DNA of 63,737 bases, filler included, from Choristocarpus tenellus KU-1152 (Eukaryota > Protista > Phaeophyceae), in assembly GCA_964200185.2 (NCBI GenBank). It is 12 parts of 12 records of this genome, joined end to end, with 100 filler letters (N's around TTAATTAATTAA, not from the genome) between each part and the next. Parts side by side here need not be neighbours in the genome. Positions count along the whole stretch, not along the records: positions 11,928 to 20,423 come from CAXNAD020004648.1; positions 20,524 to 27,067 come from CAXNAD020007895.1; 10 more parts are not named here. One strand, 5' to 3'. Of this stretch, positions 11,967-25,177 are shown piece by piece (within the stretch, counting starts at the first letter, position 1; each line of letters opens with the position of its first letter). The notes below the pieces were generated by a model. That model ran no database searches and was not told the origin of the DNA. It worked only from the letters and a program-made list of their open reading frames with translations. Both the position numbers and the translations under genes were made by a program.

Positions 11967-14900
11967 GCGGTGGCCACAGAGCCATCCAGAGCGACCTCTG
12001 GCGGAGCAGGAGTTGCTCTGTCTACAAGGAGGCGTAGGACAGATGCAGAGACGCTAATGAAGGATCCACTGCGCTTCATTGCGGTGAGTTTTTAAAAGTA
12101 GTCTTGAGTGGGGATGGGGTGAGTGTCTTCGAGGTGTTGCTAGAAGCAGGGAGAGGTGTATGGGGTGCTGTATGGGGTACTGGTTGGTTTTGTTGGACAT
12201 TGCTCTTTATGGTGAAACTATTTTTGTGGAATGGTATTGAGTGAGGTGGTGGTTGCCCCAAAGTGTGGTTTAGTTTGTTGGTGTGGTCGGTTTGACGATA
12301 CAGCGGACCAAACGATACAGTGGACCAAACCAATGTCAGAAAGATCGTCGAGAAGTACTTTTTTTAATATTGATTTGATTTTATTATTTTGTGAATTGAT
12401 TTGGTTTGATCAAGTGATATCTTACAAAAAAAATATTTTGACAAATGGGATTTTGCCCTGTTTTTTCTATATAACGTTAAATGGTTAAGAATTTGACGAG
12501 GTGTGAAAAGGAAAAAAAGAGTTGCTTTTTTGTTTATTTGTTGTAACAAACGGTGACACGACTATGTGCTGTCTATGTAAAAATATATATTTGATTGGTT
12601 GTTGACCTTATTTCTCTCTCACTCAGAGTGAGTTTAGGTTTGTCCCAGTAGAGTCCTTGGATTACTGTTCGCTGTGGGAGAGGTCTCGTTTGTTTTTGTG
12701 GATTGTGCTTATGGTTGGGTTTGTGTCACCCGAAACGTAAGGAGGTGATGGTTTTCAAAAAACTTCCTATCCTCCCGATTTCTGTTCTCTTAATTGATGG
12801 TTGGGTCAGGGAGGAGAAATTTATGGGGGGTTTTGGAGGCGTACTTGTACTGCGAGGGGTTTTGTGTAGCATCAGGCGTGGTCTTGTTTGTTAGGGTTAG
12901 GGTTACTGTTTCAACAGACTTTGTAGGGTTGCAAGTGGTGGTGTCTGTCTGAGATGGCCAATAAATCATGGAGATGGTGATTTTGAGGTGACATCAAGGA
13001 TTCCCGCCAACCAGGTATTGGGAGAATTGGTGGTTCAGTATGAGATAGTATTTTGTACTGCCAGTATTCACCTATATAGTGTTGATGGATTTTATGTATT
13101 TTATGTTTTAAACTGTGATTGGTTTATTTATTTTTTTACTGTTGGTTGTACTCTTGTTCTGACACTGCTATTTTTTTTGTTTGTTTGTTTGAAACTTACG
13201 ATGGTTGTTTCTGATAGAGGTTATGCCTGATGGTGGTTAAGCCTGATGGTGGTCCAAAATATTTGTAAGAGATAGATCCCTGGTGGTGCCTTCGGTGTTG
13301 CTTTATATTTTTTTTATGTGTCTTTTGTTCTCCTTTTGATGGGTATGTTTTGTGCAGCGTGGGTTTTGACTGTTGTTTGTTGCTGTCTTGTTTGTCTGTT
13401 GGGTTGTTTTGTTTGGTGTTGTATTGTGTTGTTGGGCATGTTGGGGTTGGGTTTGTCCTTGCAGAATGATGATGCGGCCAGAGAGATTGAGGAGAGGAGG
13501 AAGGCGGTTTCGGCAGCGTCCGAACAGCATCATCCGATTGAAGTGTTAGGGCAGCGAAGGGAGGGGAAGGGCGCGGATGTGGTAGAAGAAGAAGAACAGG
13601 TGGAAGAGGTACGGCGATGTATTAGAATGTTGATTTATTTCCTAAAGCTTCCTATAATCTTCCCCTTGAAGTTTGTAGCTCTTCTCTCTTCCCCCTCTGG
13701 CTTCCGAGCCATGTGGATGGTGATTCTGTATTTGAGGTATTTGATTGGTGTATTTTCTTGATGGGGTGGGTGAGAGGCTTGTGGGTGAAGTGTTGTTGGG
13801 GAAGGGGGGGGCATCAGGAGTTTTAGAAGTAAATACCCGACCGTATCCTTCTGTGAGGTCGAGAGGATAACTCCCTATCAGCACCGCCCCAAACTTAACC
13901 CTAAGCCAATATTGTACTTGAGTGTGTACAAGCCCAAACCCTAAACTTGACTCTAATCCCAACCCTAGCCCTACGCCGATATTGTACTTGAATGTATCCA
14001 AGCCCCAACCCCAACCCTAAGCCAATATTATACTTGAATGTGTTCAAGCCCCAACCCTAACCTCAACCCTAATCCCAACCCTGACTCTAAGCCAATACTA
14101 CACTTGAATGTGTCCTAATGCTACCCTAACCCTGACCCTAACCTCAACCCTAACCCAAAGCCAATGTTACACTTGAATGCGTCCTAACCCTAACCTCAAC
14201 CCTAACCCCGGTCCTAACCCTAACCCGATATTATAGACAGTGTTGCGAACTGAAAATGGTTTGCGGCTAGAGTGAAATAGCATTATTATTATTATTATTA
14301 TTATTATTAATTGGGAGGAAATTTCAATTTATTCGACTTGGAGTTGTTAGAGGCAATGCAATCTAGAAGAATGACGGCAGAAGGTTTCCAAGAGTGGCTT
14401 GTGGGGGGGAGGGCGGGGGGCGGCGAGGTAAGAGAATCTCTGTACCTTTTGAATGGAGCAGGTCTGAAATAGTGACGTGTGTGACAAGTTGTTGGTAGTG
14501 GTGGTGACTTGAACCCGATGGGGAGACTGCAAGGGTTTGTTTCGTTCTTTGAGCAGCTCTGAGGAGGCGTTTGGTGATGATCTGTTCTGCATCTCGTTTG
14601 CCATTTTGAAAAAAAAGAAGAGAAAGTACGTATCTAATGTTGGGATGTTTTTTTTGTTTGGTTTAGTTATTGTTGCTTATTGTTGTTGTTAGGATTGATT
14701 GGACTGTTGCGGTTCACGAGAATTTTTTTTTGATTTTGTCCGATCCCTAACCCCTAAGGATGTGCATGCCGAAATAGTAAACCGTATCAGGCGGGTTAAC
14801 TAACGACTGTCCCTATCTTTTGTCACTCACTGGGCTCTCACCTCACACCCTGCCTTGGGTGTAGGGTAAGGGATATTGTGTGTATCGTAACTTGTTGTCT

Positions 14901-17900
14901 TTGTGAAGAGGCATCCATGTAATTTACCTGAGCATCTGCTTTGCTTTTTTTATTTTTTGGTATTAGTATGATGCAGGCAGTCAGTCTCCTGTATTTTTAT
15001 TTTTCAAATTTTGTGAAGCTGGTGTAGAATAATCCTTGAATGTAAATGAATGATGTACAGAGTACTGTGATTGATTGTCTCGGTTGTTACTTCTCATGAG
15101 GGTTTTGAGGGTTGACGGAAGGGGTTGGCATGAAAAAGCAGAAATGCACATGTACCGGTTGCATCAGTGGAATTGTGTAAGAGTGTTGGTTGTCCTGCAA
15201 TTTCTCCTTTCTTGCCATTGGATGTTTGGTGCGGCCTGTCACTCGAGGTTAAAAGCGTTTTTTGGTGTAACTGTCAAAGGTGTAACCATGAAGGCACAAT
15301 TGTTCCAGTATAACTGTCACGGTATAACCCTTACGGTACAACTGTTCCAGTGTAACTGTTTATGATGTAACTAACACGGTACAGCTGTCATGGTATAACT
15401 GTTATGGTACAACTGTGAAGATTGTCAAGTATGTAGTATTCTTATTATGCAGTATCGAGAGGTGGCTTTGTACTGCCTGTGTGAATATCCACTTCTTTTG
15501 TGGGCGGAGCAGTAGTTGGGTACCCCCCAAGAAAGTATTAAAAAACAATAGCTGTTTTAAGTGTACGTCGAGTTGGGTATGGTTGGGTTTAAGGCGCAGT
15601 CCAAGAAATGACACTGTACTGTTACATTGTCAGCTAACTTGGGTGTTCGATAGCTGCCCGCTTGAAGTTGGAGCTTTCTTAGCGATCTGTTCTTGGTTTA
15701 TAGGAGGTGCCCCCCTCAACAGAGTTGAGTAGTCTTTGGTACCTTTGGGAAGGAAAGATTCTTACCCATAGTCTAGTCTTGAAGGTACCATCTACCGTTC
15801 GGCATTCCTCTACAACATCCATGTGCTGCTGTATTGAGGGCCTCACCTCTCCATTTCCCCTACCAATCTTGCCGTTGCCTTGGTTTGACCGTGATCTAGA
15901 TACGAGCAAGGGTGTTGCTAGCCCGATTGGAGGCGTTATCTCTGGTCAAGAGCGAAGAGAGGGTATCGAACGAGAACCCTGTGTTGTTGGTGGGGGGGGG
16001 GGGTCACACCAAAGGCAGTCCTCGGTGGTGTCGCCTTCAAGGTCGAAATTGCCACCGAAGGCGTTGACAGAGTCAGGAGTAGCTACTACTATTGCTGCTA
16101 CTGCAGCTACTTCTGTAGCTGTATCAGTGGGTGGAGTGGTGAATTCGTCCAAGCCAGGAGGTTTGGCAGTTGAGACGGTAGCAAAGGGAACGGCATGTGG
16201 CAAGGGAGGTGTGGATGGTACCAGCGGGTTCAGAGGTACTGGTGAAGAAGTTGGGGTGGGTGGGGAAAGTGAAGCTGTATCTGTTGGGATTCGCTTGGAA
16301 AGTGTGGTTGAGAGGGGTTTGGGGGATAATGGGGAGGCGGTAATACATGGAGATGTGTCTGTTTTGGGGGCTGGCGACTTGCGGAGGGAGGAGGAGGAGG
16401 AGGGATGGAAAGAGAGGGGTCTTGTGAATGTTAGGGAGGCGTTGTTGATGTCGACAAGGAACGCGGGTGGCAGAGGTGGTGGGGAGGGAAGTGGGGTCAT
16501 GGGGTATGGTCGGGAAGAGGGAGGGGTAACCAACAGGAGGCTTATGTTCTATGGATTGGAGGAGGGAGAGAAGGAGAGGAGCGGTGGCGGCAGTAAAGTG
16601 AGATGAGGGCTGGGTTTATGTTGTGTTGTGTTGTGTTGTGTTGTGTTGTGTTGTGTTGTGTTGTGTTGTGTTGTGTTATGTTTTGTTTTGTTATGTTTTG
16701 TTATGTTATGTCATATTATGTTAGTAATGTTACCGACGTCAGTTTTCATCTTCTACTCGGAGCGTACTTTTTTAAACAGTCTAGATTTTTTTTTCTGTGT
16801 ATTGCAATAAATTGAAATCTCTTTTTATTTTTTGTGATTTTAACTCTCCAAGAACTCGTTACCGTTAAAGGATTAAAGATTAAAAAAAAAAATGGTGACA
16901 GCTCTTCTATGCTGCATCCAACCTGTACGTATTGGGGCAGTGCTTTAATTGTTTGGACACGCTGGGAACGTATAGTCATGGTCTCATTGTTCGACTTGGC
17001 AGTGAACCTGTGGTGTGTGAATTGAGGCCATGGCCATCATCAAAGGTTTCTAGACTCCACAGTCCATTTTCTGTGAGGAATCTGATGATGATTACAAAGT
17101 AAGACTCAATCATGTTTGTAGAAGAAGTTCTTCAAATGAACTTGACAAGGAATCCTCGCTTGGTAGTTTTTTGGTTATCATTTCTTATCTATCGAGATTT
17201 TCGTTCAGGGTGGGGTTGTTGATGCCCAGGAGTTGGTTGACTCAAAGGGTGACGGCATGAGATGGGCTAGTGGTGGGGGAAGAAGAACGTGTTGTAATAA
17301 TCTTCATGCCCTTCACCTAGCTTTTTTTTTCTTCTCACTTTTTGTTGTTGTTGTTGTTATTGGTGTATGATTTCTTGTGAGACCTTGGACATGTAGAGCT
17401 CCAATTCTATGCAGGCTAAACGTGTCTAGCGTTGTATTCATTTTAGAGGAGGATGGATTGTTGTAGGTGTGTGTGGGGGCTGGTTGGATGCATGGTGTCT
17501 TTGTGGGAAGGCCATGCGTATGTGAATGAGAAGAGGATTGATTGCAGCGTGTGTATGAGGAGGGATGCCTGTCTTGTATATTTTTCCTTTATAATCGGCG
17601 TTTGTACCATATTTAAGGTGTACCTTGTCAGCTGATTTCAAATCTTACTTTTGGTGTTGGAGAAGTGCAGTTTCTCACAGGGCTGGGCAATTTACTGGGT
17701 TAGGGTTGGTTCAGTGTCTTGGAACTCAACAGTAGGAAACAGTTGCCTCTCTGAGACTAGACCTTTTTCACACTTGTGGTGGACCAGACTGTGGTCTATG
17801 TTCTTTGAGGAGATTGAGAATTCGCCTTCCATCTCTCTATTTACATGGGTGTGTGAATCAAGGAAAAGTGCCTCCAATTCGGAACTTGTATTTACTTGAG

Positions 17901-19776
17901 TTTTACTCTTTATTTTTTATTTTTTATGATGTTTGTCGATGCTATGAATAGTAGATGAGACAATTTCTGTTGTTGAGGTGAAACTACTGCGTTTTGAAAA
18001 AAAGAAAAATCATGTGGGGGGTGGGGAAGGGGGGGGGGGGCTCTGTGTACATACAGTACGGCCTTGAAATTATAATTGATTGCGTGTGTCGTGCGAAAGT
18101 GCGAAGGCGTTTTTGTGTTTGATTGCTTGCTTGTTTCCTAGTGCAGACTCTCTTCATTCGTTGACTCATGCGTTGTGCGGGTAGTAAAGGGTGAGTGTGC
18201 CCTGAAATATACAATACCAGGAGTTCAGAGGGATCCGTATAAAAAGGTCAGCGGCGCTCCCCTCCAGGATACTCTGGGTGAATGCATCGCTTGTGGTGAT
18301 ACCTGTGATAATCGCTCCGGCGCAGACTTTCCGGGGGGGGGGGGTTGCTACTGTTGTTACTACCTTGTCCTTTGTGTAGTTCCTAATTTTGGTGGGTGCG
18401 TTATGCATTTACACGTTGTGAGTATTTTTGTACCTGTCTGTAGTGGTCTGTATATTGAGAGGTATCTTGTCAATCTGGGATAATAAAAAAAAAAATTGCG
18501 TGTGAAAAATATCGATCTCCAGAGGAAACGGGTTTGCATAGCGGTTAGGTGGTTCGGTCTATGGTGGAGTGGGGTTTTGTAATACTTGAGGATGTTTTTT
18601 TTTATTTCCCCCCTTTTTTTAATTTTTGTTTGTCTGTAGGTCCAGCGCGAGGCTGCGGTGTCCCGTCCGCCCCCGCTGGCATCCCGGCGAGAACTAGGCG
18701 GTTCAGGTTCAGGTTCAGGTTTGGTACCGGAGGTTCGGACTGGGTCGCAGTGGAGGCTGGGACCGCAGTTGCCATCTTCGGTTGAAGGGGGAAGTGCCAG
18801 GGGTGGTGGTGGTGGCTTGACTTTGGGGGCTAGGGGAGGGGAGGATGATGATATGACTATCAACACGAAGCTAGCGGATGAGGAACTGTGGAAGATGTTT
18901 CACAGTCCCACTAAGGAGGTGAAGGAATCCTCAGGTGAGTTGTTCCTCTAGGTTGAAGACTGCAGGCGCTTGTGAGGGTGGGGCTGTAGAAAGAGCCCAT
19001 GGGGAAGGGCAGCGCAGAGGTGTGGGGGTTGGGGTGAGGATGGGGGGTAGGGTGAGTGCAGCAGGGGATATGGTCGAGGCGGGTTGGAGGTATGGTGTGT
19101 ACTGCAGGCTGGTGGAAGAGACTTGTTGATGTTTTTGGACCGAGGAAGTCGTTACGTATGTTTTTTTTGAACGGTGGCTCTTTTAAGAACATTTGTGCTG
19201 GAGATGTCCTTAGTCACGCAGTTGTCAGTGTGGATATGGGTCCTGTAGTCACGTAAGGACTCGACAGTTCAATTTGTCCCGTAACGGGACACTGACTTTG
19301 TGTTAAAAGTTTTTTTTTCTGTAGTACTTGAGCAGGGATGTTGGAAGTTACGAAACTGTTACGTATGTACGTATGTATATATATACATACATATATATTA
19401 ATATTATTTGTAGACCTGTTTTGTAACTGCCACAGTGTCTGTCACCTCCGCCAGTGCACTTTCATATGTCCATTTTCTGATAAATTGTATGTGATCAGTG
19501 ATTGTCAGTCCCAAGGCTCAGCATTCCCAGTTGTTGCAGAGCTCATTTCCACTGACTGTTTGGGGGGCTCTGTTCCCTGGTCACCCTTAATGTATTCTTC
19601 AAAAATATTTCAATGCTTCACAAGGTGTTGTTCCTTGTCCTGAATCGTCTCCACACATTCATGCTGGCAAAGCATGGAAGATTGCACCCCCAGCGGCGGT
19701 AGCAGTGGGTTCCTCCTCATTGGACGAGGGAAGCGACAGTGAGCTAATCGGAAGACAGGAACCGCCTGCATTCGAG
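11967..19776 (+). CDS. BUB1: MadBub (Bub1/BubR1-family) spindle checkpoint protein, internal part. Exons 11967-12083, 13465-13608, 14367-14427 (weak), 15900-16597, 18640-18934, 19673-19776
   Basis: All exons have AG/GT borders and consistent phases. They encode MadaM-like TDAETLMKDPLRF, a CDI/CMI motif DMTINTKLADEELWKMFHSP, and end in PAFE| (possible start of an ABBA motif). The 299-aa ORF at 15707 is one low-complexity exon. Confidence 0.75.
13893..14235 (+). repeat. Composite satellite: ~24-bp core GCCAATATTGTACTTGAATGTGT alternating with variant CCCTAA blocks (5-6 units), intronic
   Basis: Core recurs at about 13905, 13974, 14021, 14091 and 14160, separated by CCCTAA/CCCCAA/CCTCAA hexamers. 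Confidence 0.9.
15265..15416 (+). repeat. Degenerate ~14-bp tandem repeat (GTATAACTGTCACG-like)
   Basis: Recurring gtgtaactgt/gtataactgt/gtacaactgt units. Confidence 0.7.
16617..16720 (+). repeat. (TGTTG)n microsatellite decaying into TGTTA/TGTTT
   Basis: Seen directly in the sequence. Confidence 0.95.
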
Positions 19777-20574
19777 GTATGTTGTTGTGAATGAATAAAA
19801 CATTCTTTTTAGAGGAATGCTATTTTTTTTATTATGAAAATGTTTTCTGTTGTGGTATCATTGTGTTTTTTTTTGCAGTGTGGTGTTGTTAGATGTTCAT
19901 GGGATGCATTTTTTTTTTCTTCTGAGTTTGTTTGAGACATCTTCTGTGAGATCAAGAATGAGTGTAAGAGAGACCTACCTACCTTATCGTGTAAAACGAG
20001 CCTTCTAGCTGCATGCACTGCCCTGCCTGCTTGTTTTTTTTCCTAGTGGCCAAGCAGAGACGTAGAAAAGGTATCATACCTCGATTTGTCAATGGTACAC
20101 TATCCATTCGCTATGCATGTGTCGATGAGACGGGCGTGTTTGTATCCCCTAACAGATATTTTATGACCCGGATGGATCCAAGAGCATGGAAGTCGCAGGA
20201 GTATCAGGATCAGCAGGGGTAGGACAAGGGGAAGAGGAGAGTGCAGACTCACGTGAAAGTATGAACAACGAGGATCAAGAAAATGCCTTTTGTTTGGCAA
20301 ATCCCTTGGCGTGAGTGTTTGCCGAATAGTTGATAGTGTGAAGCTCTTTTTGGGGTGAGGGGGGGGGGAGGAGGGGGCACATGATGTGGTTGATTTTATC
20401 GGAAGAGGTTGAGATTTGCCCATNNNNNNNNNNNNNNNNNNNNNNNNNNNNNNNNNNNNNNNNNNNNTTAATTAATTAANNNNNNNNNNNNNNNNNNNNN
20501 NNNNNNNNNNNNNNNNNNNNNNNCTGTGAATTGGATTTGACTTGTACATCCTGGAAAGGTGAGCATTGAGGGGC

Positions 20575-20795
20575 GCCTGTAACAAGAGCTGTCTGCTTCT
20601 TTCACTAGGACTAGGTCACCTGGTTTGGATCCTAGTCCTGGGGAAGACCTAGCAATCAAAGCATTGGCTTTCTCACTCTGTCTCTACCTAGCGGACATCC
20701 TTCTCTCCAGGACTTCTTGTGCCTCCCGGAAGTTCTGTCTTCTTTGCTCTATGAAGGAATCCAATCCCCCGACATATCTACGTCCCCATCCAACT
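20575..20795 (-). mobile_element. Ty3/gypsy integrase C-terminal remnant
   Basis: Minus-strand GGLDSFIEQRRQNFREAQEVLERR..*..ANALIARSSPGLGSKPGDLVLVKEADS; GDLVLV is typical of the gypsy integrase C-terminus; in-frame stop present. Confidence 0.6.
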
Positions 20796-22162
20796 TGGGT
20801 ATGGCGGCGTCTAGCTGTGTGCGGGGGTCACGGCCAAACAGGACTCTTGATTAGTGTGGGTAATAAATATACCTGCAGTCGAGTTGGGTGGGTCGAAGTG
20901 TTCACGGGGTTGATCTTCAGGAAGTGTGAAAACTCGACTCATAGGGGATAAGTGCCCTAAAATTCAAAACTACGTAGTCATTGCCTTTGTCTTTGTATCA
21001 GTGGCAGTATTACACTCGCTGAAGAACAGTGCAACAAGGAGAGCGTGTAAGGTGGATCTATAGTCCTCACATAACCTCCATCCAGTGTCCGGGCTGCTGT
21101 GTAGAAGGCAATAAATAAATCCAAGGGCACAGGGCGGATTTCGCATTGCTGTCCCAAGGCCCTTGGTTGGTACAAACAGTATAATTAAAAAAAAATCAGA
21201 TTACTCATTGAAACCAAGAGTGATACCTCATAGAAATCGGATTTTAAGGATAATTCAACTCTATGAGAGGGAACAAAATCGAAGTTTTCTTATACATAGT
21301 GTAGTTTGTCACTGGCGGAGAGTTGGTTGAAATACGATCCATTCTGGTGCCATGTTGTTTCCGTGCGTGCGGCTCTGTTTGAATTCTAAGCGTGAGTTCT
21401 ACCTCACCCAGTGACAACGATGATGCCTATTGTTTGTCTCTTTGTCATGACCAACCCATAGATAGGTTGCGTGAAGGTGTGTTGTGTTGTGTACCACCAC
21501 CACCGCCTCTGCTCTGAAATACTACCACTAGCAATTGCATACAAGTACAGCTACACGTACAATATGGCTACTGCCTGCGCTTCGTCTCCATTTCCCCCCT
21601 CCGCTCCTTCTTGTGTCTTGGTTATAGAAGGTTGCCAATAGCAGCATTATTACTCCTGCATTTTCATATTCAATGTCTACCATAATAACTTCATTCGATG
21701 ATATTAATTGCTCTGGTTAATATTCGTATCGAGGTCGGTAAGAGAGAACGGGATGTTCTGAGAAAAAGCATTTAGGAGAATAGGGCCACGTCTGGTTGGG
21801 GTCCAATATCCAATGTTACGATTTTTTGAGTTTTTGACTTCATTATTGTTTAGTACAACTAGTTCTGACCTCTTGAGTAATGGCTATGATGAGTATTGAG
21901 TGGTAAAAACGTCAATAATAGTAGTAGTAGTGCTGCTGTTATTGTAGGAAACGATGACAATAACAAGAGCAACAGTCAAAGTGTGTACGAAAAAAAAAAT
22001 CGTTCGATAGGTACCAAGGTTTTGCCCGTTTTGAATTAAAAAACAGTTTTTCAATCTCATGCAATTTTCACCCGTATTTCTATGGATGAAGTAGTAAGTT
22101 TGTCTTGAAAGCGTTGATTTCTCTAGTGTTTGAAATTTTTCGACACAATTCAGAAAATGTCC

Positions 22163-22388
22163 TGTGTGAAACACGTGGAAACAAGCCGATAGGTTCTTCG
22201 AAATGAAGGGGAGTGGAAAGACCCACAGGAGGAGGAAAGATCAAAGAGAGACTAAGTCAAAGAGGAAGAGCAATCCCTCAGAAGGTCACTCAGGAAAAGA
22301 GTGAACAAGTGGAAAAGTGAAGGAGGGGGCTTTGGAAAGGTCACTCCAAATCACCCAATCTTACTTCAAGCAGATGTTACCTTCAACA
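22163..22388 (+). repeat. Dispersed repeat family C, solo-LTR-like (TGTG...TCAACA)
   Basis: Homologous to the reverse complement of 34322-34514. TG...CA ends, but no TSD found. Confidence 0.6.
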
Positions 22389-22573
22389 TGCAAAAACAAA
22401 TGTCATACCAATATCATGATGTTCAACCTTCAGGGTATACCTTCTGTGGAAGATGGTCTCACACCTGTACGCATTTATATTGAAAAAAAACGAACATAAT
22501 TGTGTACATTTATGTTCGCGTCCTAATATGATAGTGCAATGCTTCGTACCTCTCGTTTTTTTTTTTTTCCTTT

Positions 22574-22697
22574 GAGTGAAAGTATCTTAGAGGGTAGAGC
22601 CGCGTTCGTTTGGCGGCCAAAATCCAATGTTGGAAGTTTGATGTAATTTTAGCTATCGTGTTTGTTAGGAAGTGTCAATATATCCTTGTTCCAGACG
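22574..22697. mobile_element. MITE family A, truncated (one TIR)
   Basis: GAGTGAAAGTATCTTAGAGGGTAGAGCCGC plus ~100 bp of family A interior. Confidence 0.85.
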
Positions 22698-23430
22698 GAT
22701 AGGGTGGGGGGAGGTGAGGTGGGTAGAGGGGGAAAGGTGGGAAGGGTTTTACAGTACGGAAGGCATTGTGGCTATGGACTGCCCACTACCCAATTTCGGC
22801 CACTCTTAGCAAGTATGTGTCGAGGAGGTAGTCTGGATCATGGGGAACTACCAGCTGGATGGGGCGAACATGGCCAAACCCAGCATTTTCCCCCACATGC
22901 CTGAGAGGGCTTGGCAGAGCACAAACACATGGGTCCTTCCATCCTTGTGGGTATGAGAAAGAAAGGAAGGCATTGAGTGGGAAGATTACAATGTCGAAAA
23001 AAAGGGGGACAGAGAGCCAGGATGTTGTGGGGGGTCCATTGTTCCATCTGATTGAGCCAGATGTAGTGTTGTGTATGGTATAGGGGGGAGGGTTGTGGTG
23101 GGGGGGTGGTGGGTCCAGGGTTCTGGGACTGGTGGGTCAGACAATGACGTCAGGTCTGGCTCTGAGTTGGAGTCAGGGATGCTGAGGGTGGCCTGTGGGG
23201 CGGGTGGGGTGTAAGTGTAGGCTTGGGATGTTATCTGATGAGAATAAGTGGATTTGGGCTGCAGTGGTGATATTTAAGCAGACTGTAAGCTCACTAGGGA
23301 GGGGGTGGGAAATTTGGTTGGTGAGGGTGGTGTAGGCGTGGTTGGAAAGGGTGGGAATAGGCGAATGTATTCTGCAGTGAGGGTTAGGGTTAGGGTGGTC
23401 TGCATCTTCAGAGAGACTGACCATGCGGGT

Positions 23431-23693
23431 GAGTGAAAGTATCTTAAAGAGTACGAGTTTTGCCCTGTTTGTCCGTTTGGGGCTTGGCTTCCCACGGGAT
23501 TCTTATAATATTTCAACTACTCTGAAGTGATTTGGATTAGGTAATATGTGTACGTTATGAAAAGATGGGTCTGGAACAAGAAAGTCGACACTTGCTGCTA
23601 ACAAACATGATTGCCAAAATGACATTGAAATCGCAACATTGAACTTCGACCCCCCAGACGGACGCAGCTCTACCCTCCAAGATACTTTGACTC
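23431..23693. mobile_element. MITE family A, full length
   Basis: GAGTGAAAGTATCTTAAAGAGTAC ... TACCCTCCAAGATACTTTGACTC; flanks gggt/aggt. Confidence 0.88.
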
Positions 23694-25177
23694 AGGTGGA
23701 GTGGAGCAAGCAACCACAAGGGAGGATGCCCCAATGGTGAGCAGGGAGCACCACTAGGCAACTTGGGCAGGGAGGGAATGAAGGGAAAGGCGCTGGGAGG
23801 TGACGGCGTGGGGTGGAGAGTAGGTGGGATGGCAAAAAGGGTAGAGGATGGTTGTGTACGGATGGATTCGAGGACAGACTCAGTTCCCACACCATGGATG
23901 AGTGAAAATACGAAAAGTTGGATTTCCCACAGATCCCCGAGATTCAACAAATAACCCCCTTCCAGGATAAGTTGACTCAAAATTTGGAGCCGCACTCTAG
24001 CTGTTGCTAGTAAATATAGTGTCTGACTGATTACAATGTACACATCCTAGAAGAGGACAACTAATTTTGTTATAGTTGTAGAAAAACAATAGTAGCAATT
24101 TTCATGACAAAACCGAAATAAATAGTCATACAGTAAAAATTGAAAGGACAACACATCACAATGCCTGACTGACTAATATAAAGTGAACATGTGAACCACA
24201 CTTGTTGAAAAAAAAGTTGCTTTTGGGTTCATTATGGGCATTTCGGGAAAATGTCACTTTTGTAAGTGACGCCAGGCCCAAAATGGTGACACATTCCTCA
24301 ACACGAACCTCTTCTAGTAAAGGGTGTGTTTATAGCCGCAAGAAATCATAAAAAGAAGGACCGTCACCATATTTCATTAGGGGGTTCTACAATCACATGT
24401 CTAACACACGACTACAAAATATTCTAACACTGCTCCATCTCTTATCTTCCCTGTGATAGTGCCACGGTATCTTAGAGGGAGGGGGGGGTTAGCCCAGGTT
24501 GTCCATTTGAGGCTTGATGGGGTGTTGTAAGATAACCCAGTTTGATGCCCACTTTGTAGGACAGAAGGATGGAAAAGAATGGTATGCTGAGATGAAGGAA
24601 GTTGTCCTTACACCTGACATGTTCACTCAGATACAAAAATTACTACAAGTTCACACAGGCCCGGAGCGGACGCCCTGACCCTACCTCTCAGATACTATGG
24701 GTCGTAGGCCACGTGGAGCAATTAACAACCGCTACGTTGAAATTGTTACACGTCATGAATATGAGATTCGCGGATTGCAGTGACATGGTGGACTATCTCA
24801 GTCAGTCTGTGTCCTTCCCCCGGTGGTGTTAACAACATACACTGAACTAACACCATTGTCTGCTCTTCATCCTGACTACACTTAAAATTGCACCTACTAC
24901 TACACACATAAAAGTATATATTGTTTACTTCCAAGCCAATACTGACAACCCATTGTACATTGCAGTACTTTCGTACTCCAAGCGCTGAACTTGCATCAGA
25001 GTGTTTACCACCGTTCACACACACACAGCTATTACAGATCTCTCCACGAGACAGAGCCAGCTTGACGCAATGAAGCATATTCTGAGCCTATTGTTCGCTG
25101 CTGTTGATGGTAGGAAGACCGCCCTCCTCCCAACTCACACTCAGCAATCGAATTTGTGGTATAAATGTCTGTTCGCT

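Noticed and set aside
11593-12083. Continuation of LSm11 across the first gap
   Set aside because: Exons after the linker carry MadaM/CDI motifs of MadBub and no Sm fold; this is a different gene.
13893-14235. CRISPR array
   Set aside because: The spacers are telomere-hexamer variants rather than unique sequences, the context is a eukaryotic intron, and there are no cas genes.
17400-17900. Possible Penelope-like RT remnant on the minus strand (…LFLDSHTHV…)
   Set aside because: Only a 3-residue FLD resemblance; no YxDD or GIY-YIG motif visible.
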